NCBI GenBank assembly: GCA_943354905.1
Contig: CALRDL010000002.1
Span: 6,478-70,477, forward strand
Reading direction: 5' to 3'
DNA from: Candidatus Nomurabacteria bacterium
GTDB lineage: Bacteria; Patescibacteriota; Minisyncoccia; Phycocordibacterales; UBA9973
DNA: 64,000 bases
Position 1 is the first letter of the stretch. The number at the start of each line of letters is the position of its first letter. A program made the translations under genes and the position numbers. Positions 10,247 to 20,125 of this stretch are shown here, piece after piece. The notes under the pieces were generated by a model, which was not told the DNA's origin, made no database searches, and saw nothing but the letters and a program-made list of their open reading frames with translations.

Positions 10247-10873
10247 ATGGAAAACCTAACAAATCTTTTTAAAATAATGCAGTTGACTCGTTCGATGCCT
10301 CAATACGGCTACGTAGTGGCAGGGATTAAGCAGAATGATTTAAGTAATTTGGCTGAGCATCATTATCTGGTGACATTCATTGCCTGGCAAATAGCTCTAT
10401 CTCTGAAAGAAAAAGGAGCGAATTTAGATATATTGAAAGTTTTAGAAATATCAATGGTGCATGATGTTGGGGAATTATTTGGTGGAGATGTCTCTTTTCA
10501 TTACGGCCGAGCACATAAAGTTGCAAGACAGAAAGCTAAGGAATTTGAAAAAGAAAATGTTCTATTTTTGAGTAGATTTTTTAATAAGCCAGAAAAGTTT
10601 TTGGAATTAAATTCTTTAGAGCGTGAAGAAGTAACTTCCGATGAAGCTATCATATCACGTTTTGCTGATCTCATAGAATGCATCTATTACAAAATGACTT
10701 TAGATAAAGTTACTCCAAAGGATATCGAGGAGACGGTGGAAGCTTTAAAGGCTAGAGCACTAGAAGCAAAAGATGAAATCACTAAAAAAGAATTATTAAA
10801 TTTTCTGGATGCTTTCTCTGGAGTTCTGGATGGAAAAAGCGTGCAAGATATTATTTGGGATAATAAAGATTAA
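10247..10873 (+). CDS. HD-domain hydrolase (YfbR-like nucleotidase)
   Basis: LAEHHY, VHDVGELFGGD, AD.IE. Confidence 0.85.
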   Translation: MENLTNLFKIMQLTRSMPQYGYVVAGIKQNDLSNLAEHHYLVTFIAWQIALSLKEKGANLDILKVLEISMVHDVGELFGGDVSFHYGRAHKVARQKAKEFEKENVLFLSRFFNKPEKFLELNSLEREEVTSDEAIISRFADLIECIYYKMTLDKVTPKDIEETVEALKARALEAKDEITKKELLNFLDAFSGVLDGKSVQDIIWDNKD

Positions 10874-10877
10874 TTTT

Positions 10878-11416
10878 ATGCAAGAAATTGAAACAAAAGT
10901 TTTGGAGGTTAATGTAGAAGAAATAAAAGTAAAGTTAAAAGACTTAGGGGCAAAAGAGACTCAAGACACTCGCCTTGTTGTTGATTGGTATTGTCCAAAG
11001 GGGATAGCCATACCGAACATCCTTGGTATCTTCGTGTGCGGACCACAACCGACGGCAAGAGTGAGGTGAGTTGGAAATCTTTACCGAAGATAGTAGGCAA
11101 TACTCGACATTCGGATGAAGTGAATATAAATGTTTCTGATGCAGTGATGGCCGGGAAACTTTTAAAAAATATTGGACTTGAAAATTATGCTCATCAAGAG
11201 AAAGATAGAATTTCTTTTACACTCAAGGATTGGAATTTTGACTTAGATCAATATCCGGGCATGCCAGCATATCTCGAGATCGAGGGGACTAGTCACGAAC
11301 ATGTGCAAGAGGCTATAAAAATTTTGAATTTAGAAAATCATACAAGCATCGGTGATGGTGAGAGAGTTTTGATAGAAAAGAAATACGGGCTTGATTGGTA
11401 CAGTATGCGTTTTTAG
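10878..11416 (+). pseudogene. CYTH-domain protein #3 split by a -1 frameshift
   Basis: MQEIETKVLE.. in one frame joins ..WYLRVR..YLEIE in the -1 frame at AAAGGGG (10997-11003). Confidence 0.8.
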
Positions 11417-11465
11417 ATTAATTTTTTTTGAGATAATTTAGATACAAAAAACTAGTTCTGTCTAG

Positions 11466-11493
11466 TTGCATATGTTTTAAGGTTTGTTACAAT
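11466..11493 (+). promoter_or_regulatory. Sigma70-type promoter for candidate ncRNA
   Basis: TTGCAT-16nt-TACAAT with extended -10 TG. Confidence 0.55.
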
Positions 11494-11498
11494 TTTAG

Positions 11499-11653
11499 TA
11501 GGGTTATTTCTGATTATTACCTAGAACAATAATTTATGGGAGTCTCGATTGGGTTAGACCTTGGTCTCTCGCATCTGACACCCACTTAGCTTTAAGCTAT
11601 GGTAATATTTCTGAAATAGTCCTAAGAAGCACCCCCGGTATACGGGGTTTTTT
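11499..11653 (+). ncRNA. Candidate 6S-like RNA (rod with central bubble) plus terminator
   Basis: tagggttatttc/gaaatagtccta and tattacc/ggtaata closing stems, central bubble, tgggagtc/gacaccca upper stem, then GC hairpin + T-run terminator. Confidence 0.55.
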
Positions 11654-11679
11654 CTTACAAATTGGGATATAATACTAAA

Positions 11680-12105
11680 ATGGATAGAAAAAAATTATTA
11701 ATTCGAATAGCTTCGCTTATCTTTTTTATTTTTATATTAAATTATTTGGCTGGAAAGTTTTATTGGTATTCGGCTATATGGTATTTTGATATAATCATGC
11801 ATTTCTTGGGTGGTTTATGGGCAGGACTCGCTTCTATTTGGTTTTTTTCTCGCATTAGCGATAGCTTTAGCGATTCTCTCAGCTCTATTTCATTCAATAT
11901 AGTCCTGAAAATTCTTCTAGGTGTTTTAGTTATAGGCATAGCTTGGGAGATTTTTGAATTATATTTTATAAATCACATTGCCAGCAATCCTTTCGATCTT
12001 CTTGATACTATCTCTGACATATTTTTTGATTTATCTGGTGGCCTTTTTGCTATTTTGTATTTCTTTAATCAAATTATGCCAAAGAACAAAAATAAGGTAG
12101 AATAA
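11680..12105 (+). CDS. Membrane protein (VanZ/DUF2238-like)
   Basis: FDIIMHFLGG, WEIFE, DTISD; hydrophobic helices. Confidence 0.65.
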   Translation: MDRKKLLIRIASLIFFIFILNYLAGKFYWYSAIWYFDIIMHFLGGLWAGLASIWFFSRISDSFSDSLSSISFNIVLKILLGVLVIGIAWEIFELYFINHIASNPFDLLDTISDIFFDLSGGLFAILYFFNQIMPKNKNKVE

Positions 12106-12110
12106 AGGTT

Positions 12111-13475
12111 ATGCAGAATAATGTAAAGATAACTTTTTGTGGAGGAACCGGCTCAGTAACTGGAGCCAATTTTTTATTGGAAATAGATGGCAAAAAAATC
12201 TTGATAGATTGTGGACTTACTCAAGGTAACAAGATCGCTGACGATACAAACTGGGATCCTTTTATCTATGATGCGAAAACCATAGATATACTTTTTATAA
12301 CTCATGCTCATATAGATCATTTAGGTAGAGTGCCAAAACTAATCCATGAAGGTTTTGTGGGGAAAATATATTCTACCGTACCTACCAAATCTCTAGCTCT
12401 GCCTATGCTCGAAGATACCGCTGGAATATTATCCAAAAATACTGAACTCAAATTAGACGAAGTATATTCAGCTGAGAATATAAAAACTTCTCTTTCCTTG
12501 TGGCAGGGCTTTGACTATCATGAGAATTTACAAATCACTCCGGAGTTAGAAGTATCATTTTATAATGCTGGGCACATTCTCGGCTCAGCTATGATTTTAT
12601 TTGTATATAAAGGCAAAAAGATTCTTTTCACTGGAGATCTAGGGAATAGCCCTTCTCCACTTTTGCCAGATACTGAAAAAGTTCCTAATGTTGATTATCT
12701 AATCATGGAGTCTGTGTATGGCGACAGGAATCACGAATCTAGAGACGAACGACGCAAGTTTTTAGAAGAAGTTATAGAAGATAATTATAAGCGAAAGGGT
12801 ACTCTGATCATTCCTACATTTTCTCTCGAACGTTCCCAAGAACTTCTCTTTGAATTAAATTCTTTAGTAGAAGGAAATAGAATTCCTGTTATGCCTATCT
12901 TTTTAGATTCACCACTCGCTATCCGCCTAACAGAAGTTTTCAAGAAACACAAAGATTATTTCAACGAACAAGCTCAAAAGGCTATGTCGAGTGATAAATA
13001 TTTATTTAATTTCCCTGGTCTTCGACATACTCTAAAATCAGAAGAGTCAAAAATGATTAGAAGCGTCCCGAATCCCAAGATAGTCATTGCTGGGAGCGGT
13101 ATGTCGACTGGCGGACGAGTGGTCCATCATGAAAGGCATTATTTGCCTGACCCGAACAACACTCTACTTCTTGCGGGGTATCAATCTGTAGGCACTCCAG
13201 GACGCTTGATTCAAGAAGGATTGAAGACCATACGCATCACGGGGGAAGAGGTAGAAGTCAGAGCGCATATTGTAAATATTTTTGGATATTCCGGACACAA
13301 AGATTCCAACGGTCTCTTAAATTTTGTAGAAGATATGCAAGAAACACTCAAAAAAGTTTTTGTAGTGATGGGAGAGCCAAAGAGCTCTATGTTCCTTGTT
13401 CAAAAATTGCGTGACAATCTGGCCATCGATGCTGTCGCTCCGGAGCAAGGGAGTAGTGTGGAATTAGATTTTTAA
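12111..13475 (+). CDS. MBL-fold beta-CASP ribonuclease
   Basis: THAHIDH, AGHILGS, ESVYG, GSGM.TGGR, YSGH. Confidence 0.92.
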   Translation: MQNNVKITFCGGTGSVTGANFLLEIDGKKILIDCGLTQGNKIADDTNWDPFIYDAKTIDILFITHAHIDHLGRVPKLIHEGFVGKIYSTVPTKSLALPMLEDTAGILSKNTELKLDEVYSAENIKTSLSLWQGFDYHENLQITPELEVSFYNAGHILGSAMILFVYKGKKILFTGDLGNSPSPLLPDTEKVPNVDYLIMESVYGDRNHESRDERRKFLEEVIEDNYKRKGTLIIPTFSLERSQELLFELNSLVEGNRIPVMPIFLDSPLAIRLTEVFKKHKDYFNEQAQKAMSSDKYLFNFPGLRHTLKSEESKMIRSVPNPKIVIAGSGMSTGGRVVHHERHYLPDPNNTLLLAGYQSVGTPGRLIQEGLKTIRITGEEVEVRAHIVNIFGYSGHKDSNGLLNFVEDMQETLKKVFVVMGEPKSSMFLVQKLRDNLAIDAVAPEQGSSVELDF

Positions 13476-13498
13476 AAAAATAAATGTATAATTAGATC

Positions 13499-14101
13499 AT
13501 GCTTTCATCTTTAAATTTTGAAAAAAAACACGGACACAATCAAATAAAAATTTGCGTTTCTGGCGCGGCGGAGACTGGGCACTGTGGGATAGATGCGCTT
13601 GAGAAAGCTAAAGAGCTTGGCCGAGAGATAGTTCGTCAAGGCGCGGTCTTAGTTTCTGGCGCGACTACCGGCTTTCCACTTTGGGCTGCTATGGGCGCAA
13701 AAGAAGAGGGAGGTATCTCTATAGGTATTTCTCCAGCAGCTTCCGAGAAAGAACACGTCGAAGTCTACAAACTTCCACTGGATTATATGGATTTAATTAT
13801 CTATACAGGATTCGGGTATCCTGGGCGAGATATTCTCCTTACTAGAAGCTCAGATGCTGTCATATGTGGTTGTGGGCGAGTGGGGACTATACATGAGTTT
13901 ACTGTCGCATTCGAAGATGGTAAACCCATTGGAATATTTGAAGGTCCTTGGGAGATGGGGGATCAACTCAAAGATATAATCGAGAAAGGTCATCGTCCCA
14001 ATGCCAAGATAGTTTCTGGAGATGATCCTAAAAAACTAATAGAAGACATAATCATTTTGGTTAAAAAAGATAAAATATCTGAATATAAGATAGTTACCTA
14101 A
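13499..14101 (+). CDS. LOG/SLOG-family protein
   Basis: VSGATTG, GAKEEGG, GISP, GRVGTIHE. Confidence 0.8.
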   Translation: MLSSLNFEKKHGHNQIKICVSGAAETGHCGIDALEKAKELGREIVRQGAVLVSGATTGFPLWAAMGAKEEGGISIGISPAASEKEHVEVYKLPLDYMDLIIYTGFGYPGRDILLTRSSDAVICGCGRVGTIHEFTVAFEDGKPIGIFEGPWEMGDQLKDIIEKGHRPNAKIVSGDDPKKLIEDIIILVKKDKISEYKIVT

Positions 14102-14129
14102 AAAGGCAGAAAATAATTTTTAGTTTTAA

Positions 14130-14474
14130 TTACTTTACTGTTTCTAAAACTTTAGCAAAAGTTTTTGGATTATTCTCGGCTAGGTCAGCCAAGATTTTGC
14201 GATCTAGCATTATGTTTTTCTTTTTGAGTGCGTCTATGAATTTTGAATAAGACATACCGAGCTCACGAGTGCCTGCGTTTATCTTGATATTCCACAATGT
14301 TCGGTTATCAGATTTTTTATCTTTTCGATGAGCAAAAGAATAATTCCCCGCGTGCAAGAGCGCGTCTTTTGCTTGTCTTTCTTTTGTGCTTCGTCCATGT
14401 CTAAAACCTTTCGTCTGTTTCAAGACACTTCTTCGTCTTTTCAATGCGTGTACTCCTTTTTTTACTCTGGTCAT
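14130..14474 (-). CDS. rplT: 50S ribosomal protein L20
   Basis: MTRVKKG, LDRKILADLA. Confidence 0.97.
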   Translation of the reverse strand: MTRVKKGVHALKRRRSVLKQTKGFRHGRSTKERQAKDALLHAGNYSFAHRKDKKSDNRTLWNIKINAGTRELGMSYSKFIDALKKKNIMLDRKILADLAENNPKTFAKVLETVK

Positions 14475-14476
14475 AA

Positions 14477-14535
14477 ATCAATTACGAATTTTCAATTATC
14501 AATTACGAATTTAAATTCGTAATTCGAAATTGTTA
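14477..14535. repeat. Heptad-periodic direct/inverted repeat spacer between rpmI and rplT
   Basis: atcaattacgaattt at 14477 and 14498, inverted aaattcgtaatt at 14513. Confidence 0.7.
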
Positions 14536-14537
14536 AT

Positions 14538-14735
14538 TTAACTAAATGGTAATAAGTGACTTCTTGGTTTGTTTTTGATTACAAAGTTTTTGCTCTTTCT
14601 GCCAGCGAGCTGGGTTGTTCTGGATTGCTTGGCATTAAAATGGTTGAATCCCGCCTTACGGGAAAGAATCTTGCCATTTTTGGTAAGTTTTAATCTTTTG
14701 CTAAATGACTTATTTGTTTTCATTCCCTTTCCCAT
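14538..14735 (-). CDS. rpmI: 50S ribosomal protein L35
   Basis: MKTNKSFSKRLKLTKNGK; infC-rpmI-rplT synteny. Confidence 0.95.
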   Translation of the reverse strand: MGKGMKTNKSFSKRLKLTKNGKILSRKAGFNHFNAKQSRTTQLAGRKSKNFVIKNKPRSHLLPFS

Positions 14736-14748
14736 AAATTTATTTAAA

Positions 14749-15279
14749 TTATCTCTTCTCTATTGTTGTTGTTAAACCCTTCGGACCTTTTTTGTATGCG
14801 TCTGATATTTTATAATCTTCGGTGATCAAATGTAAAATTCTATCCAAGCGTTCTTTTAAAAACTTTTCATCCATATATTTGGCGCGCCCAGCTAGGAAAA
14901 GTTCTACCTTGATTCTGTGTCCTTCCTTGAGCCATTTGGATGCAGTTTTGGCTTTGAGCTCTAGGTCGTGGTCTCCGGTGCCTATCTTGATCTGGATACC
15001 TTTGGTTTCTGTCGCCTTGGCTCCACCTTTTTGTTTCTTTAATTTTTTACTGGCTTCGTATTTATACTTACCGAAATCCATTATTTTTGCGAGTGGGGGA
15101 GTTGCGTTTGGGCTTATTTCTATCAAGTCCAAACCCTGATTTTGAGCCATTTCCAAGGCATCTCTAATACTTAAAACACCGATATTTTTGTTTTCGCTGT
15201 CCAAAACCCGAAGTTCTCCTGCCCGTATTTGGTTGTTTATTCTTTCACGCAATTGATAAATAGAACCAAAACCAGCCAA
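14749..15279 (-). CDS. infC: Translation initiation factor IF-3 (true start probably non-AUG, e.g. TTG at 15252)
   Basis: RINNQIRA, LDLIEISPNATPPLAKIMDFGKYKYE. Confidence 0.95.
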   Translation of the reverse strand: MAGFGSIYQLRERINNQIRAGELRVLDSENKNIGVLSIRDALEMAQNQGLDLIEISPNATPPLAKIMDFGKYKYEASKKLKKQKGGAKATETKGIQIKIGTGDHDLELKAKTASKWLKEGHRIKVELFLAGRAKYMDEKFLKERLDRILHLITEDYKISDAYKKGPKGLTTTIEKR

Positions 15280-15500
15280 AAGCTAGTGTCGATTAATTAA
15301 AATATAGCTTATTCGGGGTTGAAAGTCAACATATTGTGGACAAGGGGGAAATTTTGTTGAACCGCCTTAAAGATTACCTCATTCGGTTTTGGTCTTTTTA
15401 TCAAAGCAATAAAAACCTACGAAAAGGTCTTGCTGATGCTTGATTTTCTCTCGTTGGACTACTCACAATCAGGGTATTGAAGGATTATCAACAGAAGTGT

Positions 15501-15743
15501 TTATTTGAATAATGCAATCAAGCTAATTATGAGAGCGAGTCCAGATATTATAACTACAATTCTGGTCTCCTTAGCTTGGTCTTTTTTTAGCAGAGCATCA
15601 ATTATAATTTGACGTTCAATAGTTCCATTTGAATTGCCATAACTTCGAATTTTCCACTTAGAGGCTTCGTTCTCAAGAGCACTGTCTGACATCTTATGAT
15701 ATTTATCTGCGTTTGATGTAAAAAATCCCATATCATTTTTCAT
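15501..15743 (-). CDS. Small hypothetical protein with C-terminal TM helix
   Basis: ORF track; hydrophobic C-terminus. Confidence 0.5.
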   Translation of the reverse strand: MKNDMGFFTSNADKYHKMSDSALENEASKWKIRSYGNSNGTIERQIIIDALLKKDQAKETRIVVIISGLALIISLIALFK

Positions 15744-15928
15744 ATAATTTTCTTATTTTGATAATTCCAATAAAGAAACATCAAGAAGATTATTAGTCCA
15801 CTAGTTAAAGAAAAGGCAATAAATTTCTCTCCTCCTGTTAGGTCTTCTCCATTTTTCAGCATGTGAACAAAGCTAATAAGTAATAACCACCAATTACGCC
15901 CAAGAAATTTTCTAAATGATTCTTTCAT
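15740..15928 (-). CDS. Small membrane protein
   Basis: Two hydrophobic segments; ATGA-type overlap with next gene. Confidence 0.5.
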   Translation of the reverse strand: MKESFRKFLGRNWWLLLISFVHMLKNGEDLTGGEKFIAFSLTSGLIIFLMFLYWNYQNKKII

Positions 15929-15931
15929 AAT

Positions 15932-16661
15932 TTATCCGAATATACCCAGAAACTTTTTTATTTTACCATCTTCGCCAAGATAATTGTAAATAGTTTCGTG
16001 AAATTTTATATGGAATGCTTGCCGTACTTTTTGAAGTTTCTCTTGTATTATCTTATCGCCATGAAAAATCATAGCTCGCATAAACTGAGGGGAAGTGTCG
16101 GGGGGTAATTGACCATTTACTATTCTTTGCTCCATTATTCCTTTTGTTTTGTCCCAATCTTTTATATACACACTATGGGTTTTAGCAAACTGATACTTAT
16201 TCCCACAATTAAATATTAGGTCATCAACTTGAGCATTTTCCATTTCCCTCGTCATTTTAATAAAGCTTTCTAAAGCCAGCTCTTCCTCTTTTGAAAGTCC
16301 AGTATCCATATATTTTTTATTAGAAACTAAATTTTTTGCATTAAAAGAAACAAGAGCTTCTGTAGCCATTGCCTGTAAATACAATACAAGAGGAAGAAAC
16401 TTTTTTGTTTCCGTCCAAAATCTTTCATTTATTTCCTCGCTGAACTTCCACATTAGGTTATTGCTATGATGCTGACTTACTAACTTAAAATTATCCCATA
16501 CCCGTGCTCTTGAATTAGCTTCATCAAAAAATGAAACGTCTTCTTTCTGTAGTTTTAAAGTTCAACTTATCACAGAACTCAAGCATCATATCTTGAATAA
16601 ATTGCCAAGCTTGTCCTTTGAAAGAGCTGACATCAAAATCTTTCATATAGTTTTCAGACAT
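15932..16661 (-). pseudogene. Hypothetical protein split by a frameshift in a T6 run
   Basis: ORF 16524-16712 and ORF 15932-16453 join via 24 stop-free codons if one base is removed at 16526-16531. Confidence 0.55.
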
Positions 16662-16803
16662 AACAATAAAAGCTAGCTGATAATGGCTATCATGGGAAGC
16701 ACAGAACCCCACGCCAGCTAGGTCTTACGACCCTTTTATAAACGTTAAACCTTATACATTATAACACTAATTAAAAATAATGAAGAAATGAGTCACAGAT
16801 CAT

Positions 16804-17088
16804 TTACTCGTCGACAGATTTAGATAATTTTGTTGGAATATTTTTACTATACAAACTTATCAACTTTTCTTTTTTATCTCTACGCCATTTTTTAATTTGA
16901 ATTTCTCTTTTTCTTGCTTCTGCTAAAGAATGGTGATTTTCTAAAAACACAATTTTAAATTCATCGCAGTTTTTGGTAAAATCTGCACCTTGTTTTGTAT
17001 TATGTTCTTTCAATCTTCGTTCTGGATTATCTGTAATACCTATATATAAATTTCCGTATGAATTTTTAATCATGTATACGAAATACAT
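16804..17088 (-). CDS. GIY-YIG nuclease (UPF0213-like)
   Basis: YFVY, LYIGIT, RLKEH, ARKREIQIKKW. Confidence 0.9.
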   Translation of the reverse strand: MYFVYMIKNSYGNLYIGITDNPERRLKEHNTKQGADFTKNCDEFKIVFLENHHSLAEARKREIQIKKWRRDKKEKLISLYSKNIPTKLSKSVDE

Positions 17089-17124
17089 ATATAGATTTTA
17101 ACATAAATCGATCCAAAATACGCC

Positions 17125-17255
17125 CATTCGAGTCCTCGCTTTGCTCGTCCCTCAGGGCACTCGCCTCAAAACAAAAAACATTCTTTGAAGAATGTTTTTT
17201 GTTTTCCGCTGTGGCTTGCCACGAGCGAGTTTTGCCTTAAGCAAAACGAGTCGAG
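17125..17255. repeat. Cluster of REP-like hairpins/terminator between tmRNA and GIY-YIG gene
   Basis: aaaacaaaaaacattctt-tg-aagaatgttttttgtttt; gttttgc-cttaa-gcaaaac; tggc-tt-gcca. Confidence 0.6.
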
Positions 17256-17647
17256 TGGAACTGACGAGAATTGAACTCGTGTGCAATAGGTTTTTGTAAA
17301 GAAGTCTACATACATAGCATGCTTTTCTGTTTAAATTAAAATATTCTTAAGCAAGCGAAATATATTTTAATCGAGCTCTAAGTTTTTGTGAAATGCTCGA
17401 GCAAACATTTCCTTATCCCGATAATATTACACCTCTACTCATATATCGGAAGTCTATAAGAGAGACGCCAGCTCAGGCTTACGCGAAAGCTGGAGCGAAA
17501 GCAAAATCATTCATACCGAAGTATGGTGACGCTTTAGCCTTAGAAGTCAATTTTGCAATTAACATTTAGACAAATTTTTACGAGATTATGTCTATGCTCG
17601 ATACGCATCTTTGACAAATAGGCCTACTGTCTATGCCTTGCAGTCCC
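17256..17647 (-). ncRNA. ssrA: tmRNA
   Basis: 5' GGGACTG pairs with 3' CAGTTCC-A (G3.U70), T-arm acgag-TTCAATT-ctcgt, tag ORF ending FAPAFA-stop, adjacent smpB. Confidence 0.93.
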
Positions 17648-17660
17648 AGGTATTTTATTT

Positions 17661-18107
17661 TCAACGTCCTTTGTATTCTCTTCTGATCTCGCGATCCGTG
17701 TCGCGCTTTTTTATGCTCTCGCGCTTATCAAATTTCTTTTTGCCTTTTACTAAAGCAATTTGTATCTTGATTTTCCTACCCTTATTATACACTGAAATAG
17801 GCACTATTGTCAAACTCTTATTTTTCTCACTCCCAACCAATTCTGTATTTTCTTTTTTGGTTAATAAAAGTTTTCTGTTGCGAAGTGGGTCATAATCTTT
17901 CGGCGCATTTTTTACTTGGTATGGAGGAATATTTGAGTTGATTAAAAAGGCTTCTCCTCCTCGCACAATAACAAAAGCTCCCTCGAGAGACATTTGTCCA
18001 CCGCGGACAGACTTTACTTCCGTACCCAAAAGCTCAATACCTGCTTCGTACTTTTCCAAGATTTGATAATCAAATCTAGCTTTTCGGTTTTCTGTGTAAT
18101 TTGCCAT
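17661..18107 (-). CDS. smpB: SsrA-binding protein
   Basis: NRKARFDY, EAGIELLGTEVKSVR, GKKKFDKRE. Confidence 0.97.
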   Translation of the reverse strand: MANYTENRKARFDYQILEKYEAGIELLGTEVKSVRGGQMSLEGAFVIVRGGEAFLINSNIPPYQVKNAPKDYDPLRNRKLLLTKKENTELVGSEKNKSLTIVPISVYNKGRKIKIQIALVKGKKKFDKRESIKKRDTDREIRREYKGR

Positions 18108-18171
18108 GATTTTAATCTTACCATAGATTCCGTGACTGTTTATTTTAGATTTTTTATGTTAATCTTTATTT

Positions 18172-20094
18172 ATGGATTTTAATTTTCTAAATAAAAAAGC
18201 TGAGGGGGGTAAGGGTAAGAAAGAAAAAAACGGAAATAGTTTTTCTGGTAGTCTCGTCGGCACTGTATTTATTTTTATGCTAATAACTGCTGTTTATCTA
18301 GCATTTTCTCCGGACGGGAAAGTGACACCAGCTATTCCTATTTCGGATTTAGCCAAGAGTGTCTCTCTAGGTGTCGTGAAAAAGATCATTGTCTCTGGAG
18401 ACAAGCTCACCATCACTTATATTAAAGATGAAGAGATTAAAACTTCAAAAAAAGAAGTCGGTTCGTCATTATCACAAACACTTTTTAATTATGGAGTAAA
18501 TAGTGAGGCCATAGCCAAAACAGAGATTGAAATAAAAGATGAGAGTGGATTTGTATTTTTACTTTTAAATATTCTCCCGTTTTTAATACCAGTGCTTTTT
18601 ATTCTGTTTTTCTTTTGGTATTTGTCTCGGCAGGTGAAAGGTGCTGGTATGCAAGCATTGACATTTGGACAATCTAAAGCGCGCATTACAGACCCGAATG
18701 ATAAAAATAACCGAGTGACTTTCAAAGATGTAGCTGGATGTAAAGAGGCTAAAGAAGAATTGAAAGAAATAGTAGATTTTCTAAAAAGTCCGAAAAAGTT
18801 TCTAGATATTGGAGCTCGTATTCCTAAAGGAGTTATTTTGACTGGCGCTCCTGGAACAGGCAAGACCTTGCTCGCGCGAGCCGTCGCTGGGGAGGCTGGT
18901 GTTCCATTTTTCCATTTATCTGGAAGTGAATTCGTGGAGATGTTCGTCGGTGTAGGAGCATCTCGGGTGCGAGATCTTTTCAAAATGGCCAAGAAAGCAG
19001 CACCAGCAATTATATTCGTAGATGAGATAGACGCAATAGGACGCACCCGCGGAGGAGGTTTTGGTGGGGGCAATGATGAACGGGAACAAACTTTAAACCA
19101 AATTCTCGTGGAGATGGACGGTTTTGAGCCGAATGATAAAGTGATAGTGATGGCTGCTACTAATAGGCCAGATGTTCTTGATCCAGCGCTTGTTCGTCCG
19201 GGGCGTTTTGATAGAAAAGTATTGCTTGATTTACCAGATCGAGCAGATCGTGAAGCAATATTGGAAATTCACGCGATAAAAAAACCACTTGCTGAAGATG
19301 TAAATTTGAAATTGATTGCTGAGCGGACTCCAGGATTTTCTGGGGCAGATTTATATTCACTGATGAACGAAGGAGCTATTTTAGCAGCAAGAGAAAATCG
19401 CAAAAAAGTTTTTCAATTTGATTTAATTCGCGCCATAGAAAAAGTTATGCTTGGTCCGGAACGCAAGAGTCATTTGCTTTCTAAAAAAGAAAAAGAAATT
19501 ACTGCGTATCATGAAGCTGGGCATGCGATAGTAGCTTCAGTTCTTCCTTATGCAGACCCAGTCCACAAAGTTTCTATCATCGCTCGTGGTAATGCTGGAG
19601 GATATACTTTAAAATTGCCACTAGAAGAAAGACGACTCCAATCTAAAAAAGAATTTATTGATGATATTGCGATGGCTCTAGGGGGTTATGTGGCTGAGAA
19701 AATGATTTTTTTAGATATCACTACTGGACCATCGAGTGACTTACAAATGGCTACGAATCTCGCTCGGGCAATGGTCACTAGGTGGGGGATGTCGGATGTC
19801 ATCGGACCAGTCGCGCTCGCAGGTAGTGGCGGGCGATCACAATTTGGTGAAATAATAGAGAGAGAATTCTCGGAAGATATCGCTATGAAGATAGACTCAG
19901 AAGTTGCGAGAATAATAAATGATGGATTAAAATCTGCTGAGCAGGTACTCAATGATCACAAGAAAGCTTTCACAGCTATTGCTACTAAACTCATAGAAGT
20001 AGAAACTCTTGAGCAGGAAGAATATGAAAAAATATTAAGTAGCCATGGTATAGCTCTGAAGAAAAAAGACTCGCCTGCAACAGCTATGCTGTAA
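18172..20094 (+). CDS. ftsH: ATP-dependent zinc metalloprotease FtsH
   Basis: 2 TM helices, [28 protein letters not shown]. Confidence 0.98.
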   Translation: MDFNFLNKKAEGGKGKKEKNGNSFSGSLVGTVFIFMLITAVYLAFSPDGKVTPAIPISDLAKSVSLGVVKKIIVSGDKLTITYIKDEEIKTSKKEVGSSLSQTLFNYGVNSEAIAKTEIEIKDESGFVFLLLNILPFLIPVLFILFFFWYLSRQVKGAGMQALTFGQSKARITDPNDKNNRVTFKDVAGCKEAKEELKEIVDFLKSPKKFLDIGARIPKGVILTGAPGTGKTLLARAVAGEAGVPFFHLSGSEFVEMFVGVGASRVRDLFKMAKKAAPAIIFVDEIDAIGRTRGGGFGGGNDEREQTLNQILVEMDGFEPNDKVIVMAATNRPDVLDPALVRPGRFDRKVLLDLPDRADREAILEIHAIKKPLAEDVNLKLIAERTPGFSGADLYSLMNEGAILAARENRKKVFQFDLIRAIEKVMLGPERKSHLLSKKEKEITAYHEAGHAIVASVLPYADPVHKVSIIARGNAGGYTLKLPLEERRLQSKKEFIDDIAMALGGYVAEKMIFLDITTGPSSDLQMATNLARAMVTRWGMSDVIGPVALAGSGGRSQFGEIIEREFSEDIAMKIDSEVARIINDGLKSAEQVLNDHKKAFTAIATKLIEVETLEQEEYEKILSSHGIALKKKDSPATAML

Positions 20095-20125
20095 GTATTG
20101 CGGGTAGGAGAATTAAAATTTAAAA

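Noticed and set aside
18489-19073. Long antisense ORFs inside ftsH, recG, copA, hsdR and lexA
   Set aside because: Shadow frames of well-supported genes, with no motifs of their own
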